The notes beneath the pieces are model-generated. The model ran no database searches. It saw nothing but the letters and a program-made list of their open reading frames with translations, and had not been told where the DNA came from. Source: Amoebidium appalachense (Eukaryota; Protista; Ichthyosporea). Taken from it: a stretch of DNA of 64,000 nucleotides. The stretch's first letter is position 1; every line of letters starts with the position of its first letter. The translations under genes were made by a program, and so were the position numbers. Below are positions 62,286 through 64,000 of this stretch, in pieces. The stretch is taken from contig CAVNZM010000002.1 in NCBI GenBank assembly GCA_963693365.1, forward strand, positions 4,046,259 to 4,110,258, in the 5' to 3' direction.

Positions 62286-64000
62286 TTTTCACAAAGCTGT
62301 CTGTCTTCGGCCACAAGCCGTGTTTTCGTTTCTTTTCTCTATTTGTTGCACTGCTCTTATAAAGTGAGAGTAATGTACGTCGACTGCTTCTAGCTTTGGT
62401 GCCTATGTGGCCACCAAAATTTTGCAATGAGGAGACTGTTTTTTTGAGCCAACGGGCAAGCCTTTGTGTGTAGTGGTTGTTGAGTACACATGCCAACGAG
62501 GAGGTGGACTTTGTAACCTGCGTCCTAATAAATCCTTTTTGTTTTTTTTTAGAAAATGCGCTCAAGTTAATTCAAAGTAACAATTTTATGATTCCTTTTT
62601 CTTTCCCGTTCCCTTTTTTTTTTGCAGTTTTTTGGAAGCAGATACAACTCGAGCAAGCCTAAGCTTGAGTGCACGACGTGAACGTGCCCCTCATGAAGGG
62701 GTTTGCGACCGTTGGGTGAAACCCGACTTGATTGGCTTAATATTGCGCCAAAATTCAAATCCCCAAAGATGATTGGTGTGGGCGAAAGCCTTGCAACCGT
62801 GCAGTGTACGGTCGGAACCTCCGACTGACCTGATTATCCGATCCAATCAAAGGTTTCCGTGACAGGGTTACGAATTGTGCACATGTAGTTATGTAAGACA
62901 TGCGTGTTTGGCAATCAAAATGTGAAGACTCGATTCCTATAAAACTTCGCCAAATATTAGTATCTTTCCGCAAAATTTTACAAGTGCATATAAAGGGCAT
63001 TAATTGCGCTGATGTATAAAATTTATGTCAAAGATCCATCAAATATACGCGCCGACATAGGTCGAAAATTACTCTAACTATTTGAGGGGGGAAAATGCTG
63101 TTCCAGTGGTTTAAAAATGCCTCGTTGTGCAGTGTGTACAGCTTTAGATTATTCAAAAAGTGTATATATATATATGAACGTTCGTCGTATTCAGTAGCAA
63201 ATTTGCTGTCAATACGTCTCGGAAGACTTTCGAAGATGGAGCTTCAAAGTGCAGAACTTGTCAGTATGATTTTTGGATTTGGGGCTGATGCTTCAGATCT
63301 AGACGTCAATCTGAAGAAAGAAAGGATGGCAATGCTGGAGAGCATGGTGTTGCTGATCTTTCTTTTTTTTTTTGTTTACTTTTTTGATGGTATGGTTGCC
63401 TGGGGCATTTTAGGAGGGCATGGTGAGGAGCAGGAATGGCTTGGGGTGGGTGTGGAGCGCACTTGAAAAGGTTGGAAAGGAGTAGCAAGAAAATTTCAGC
63501 AGATGTTTTCTATGGTTGGAAATTGTTTTTATCTCTTATTATTTTTTTGGATTCATCGCTTGCTCTTTCAATACTAAAGATGACATAGTCTCATTTTGCA
63601 TGTTTCTTGCAATTTTTCAGTGGTGGGGTTTGGTGAAAACCGTAGTTCGGCACCTGTTGTCATTGGGTAGAACGGATGGTTGAGATTCGTGCTGGAGCTG
63701 TCTGTTCAAGAGAAGGTGTAGTTTGTTTGCGGAAATTTTTGAAGGCGAGAATGCATTTTAAGTGCCACCTACGCTGTTGTGGTGCAGATCGGTGCATGAG
63801 AAGTGTGAATAGCAGCTGTATTGTTTTTGTGCTTGGGTGTCATGTTGGCAAGTCAGGCATGAACAAAACAATAATAAAAAAATCCAACATAACGTCAAGG
63901 TGTCAGGTAAATGGATCACTGGTGGAGCTAAAAAAATTATTTCAAATACTTGTATACCTAGTATCATAAGTGTGAAACTAGATAATGGGCGTTTTTATTA

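Noticed and set aside
63095-63466. 123-aa plus-strand ORF, a possible first exon of a gene divergent from CHK1
   Set aside because: No recognisable motif, convincing donor or downstream exon within the window.

Overview
Eukaryotic, intron-dense and extremely microsatellite/homopolymer-rich DNA. The ARP3, CHK1 and CD2BP2 C-termini look animal-like, so a unicellular holozoan/opisthokont is my inference, not something the sequence proves. Almost all ORFs in the supplied track are repeat artefacts. Spliced by hand, the window contains: a head-to-head inverted pair of NXPE/PC-esterase-like (Ig-like + GDS/DxxH) type II membrane genes; a RING-TRAF zinc-finger pseudogene; a 4-exon orphan secreted protein; ARP3 (11 exons, 418 aa) divergent from CD2BP2/LIN1 (11 exons); and CHK1 (about 19 exons). 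There are also several degenerate copies of an APE+RT LINE family and a nested pile of about 4 related LINE families at 26.9-30.8 kb. Most notable: (1) an unrecognised ~240-nt structured element with compensatory base changes, lying sense-oriented in introns of two unrelated genes; (2) a LINE insertion with twin-priming-type 5' inversion geometry; (3) acceptors in which long (CA)n tracts replace the polypyrimidine tract, and donors that open straight into (GT)n; (4) a LINE 3' end whose A-tract is an internal hairpin loop followed by a conserved ~190-nt tail.
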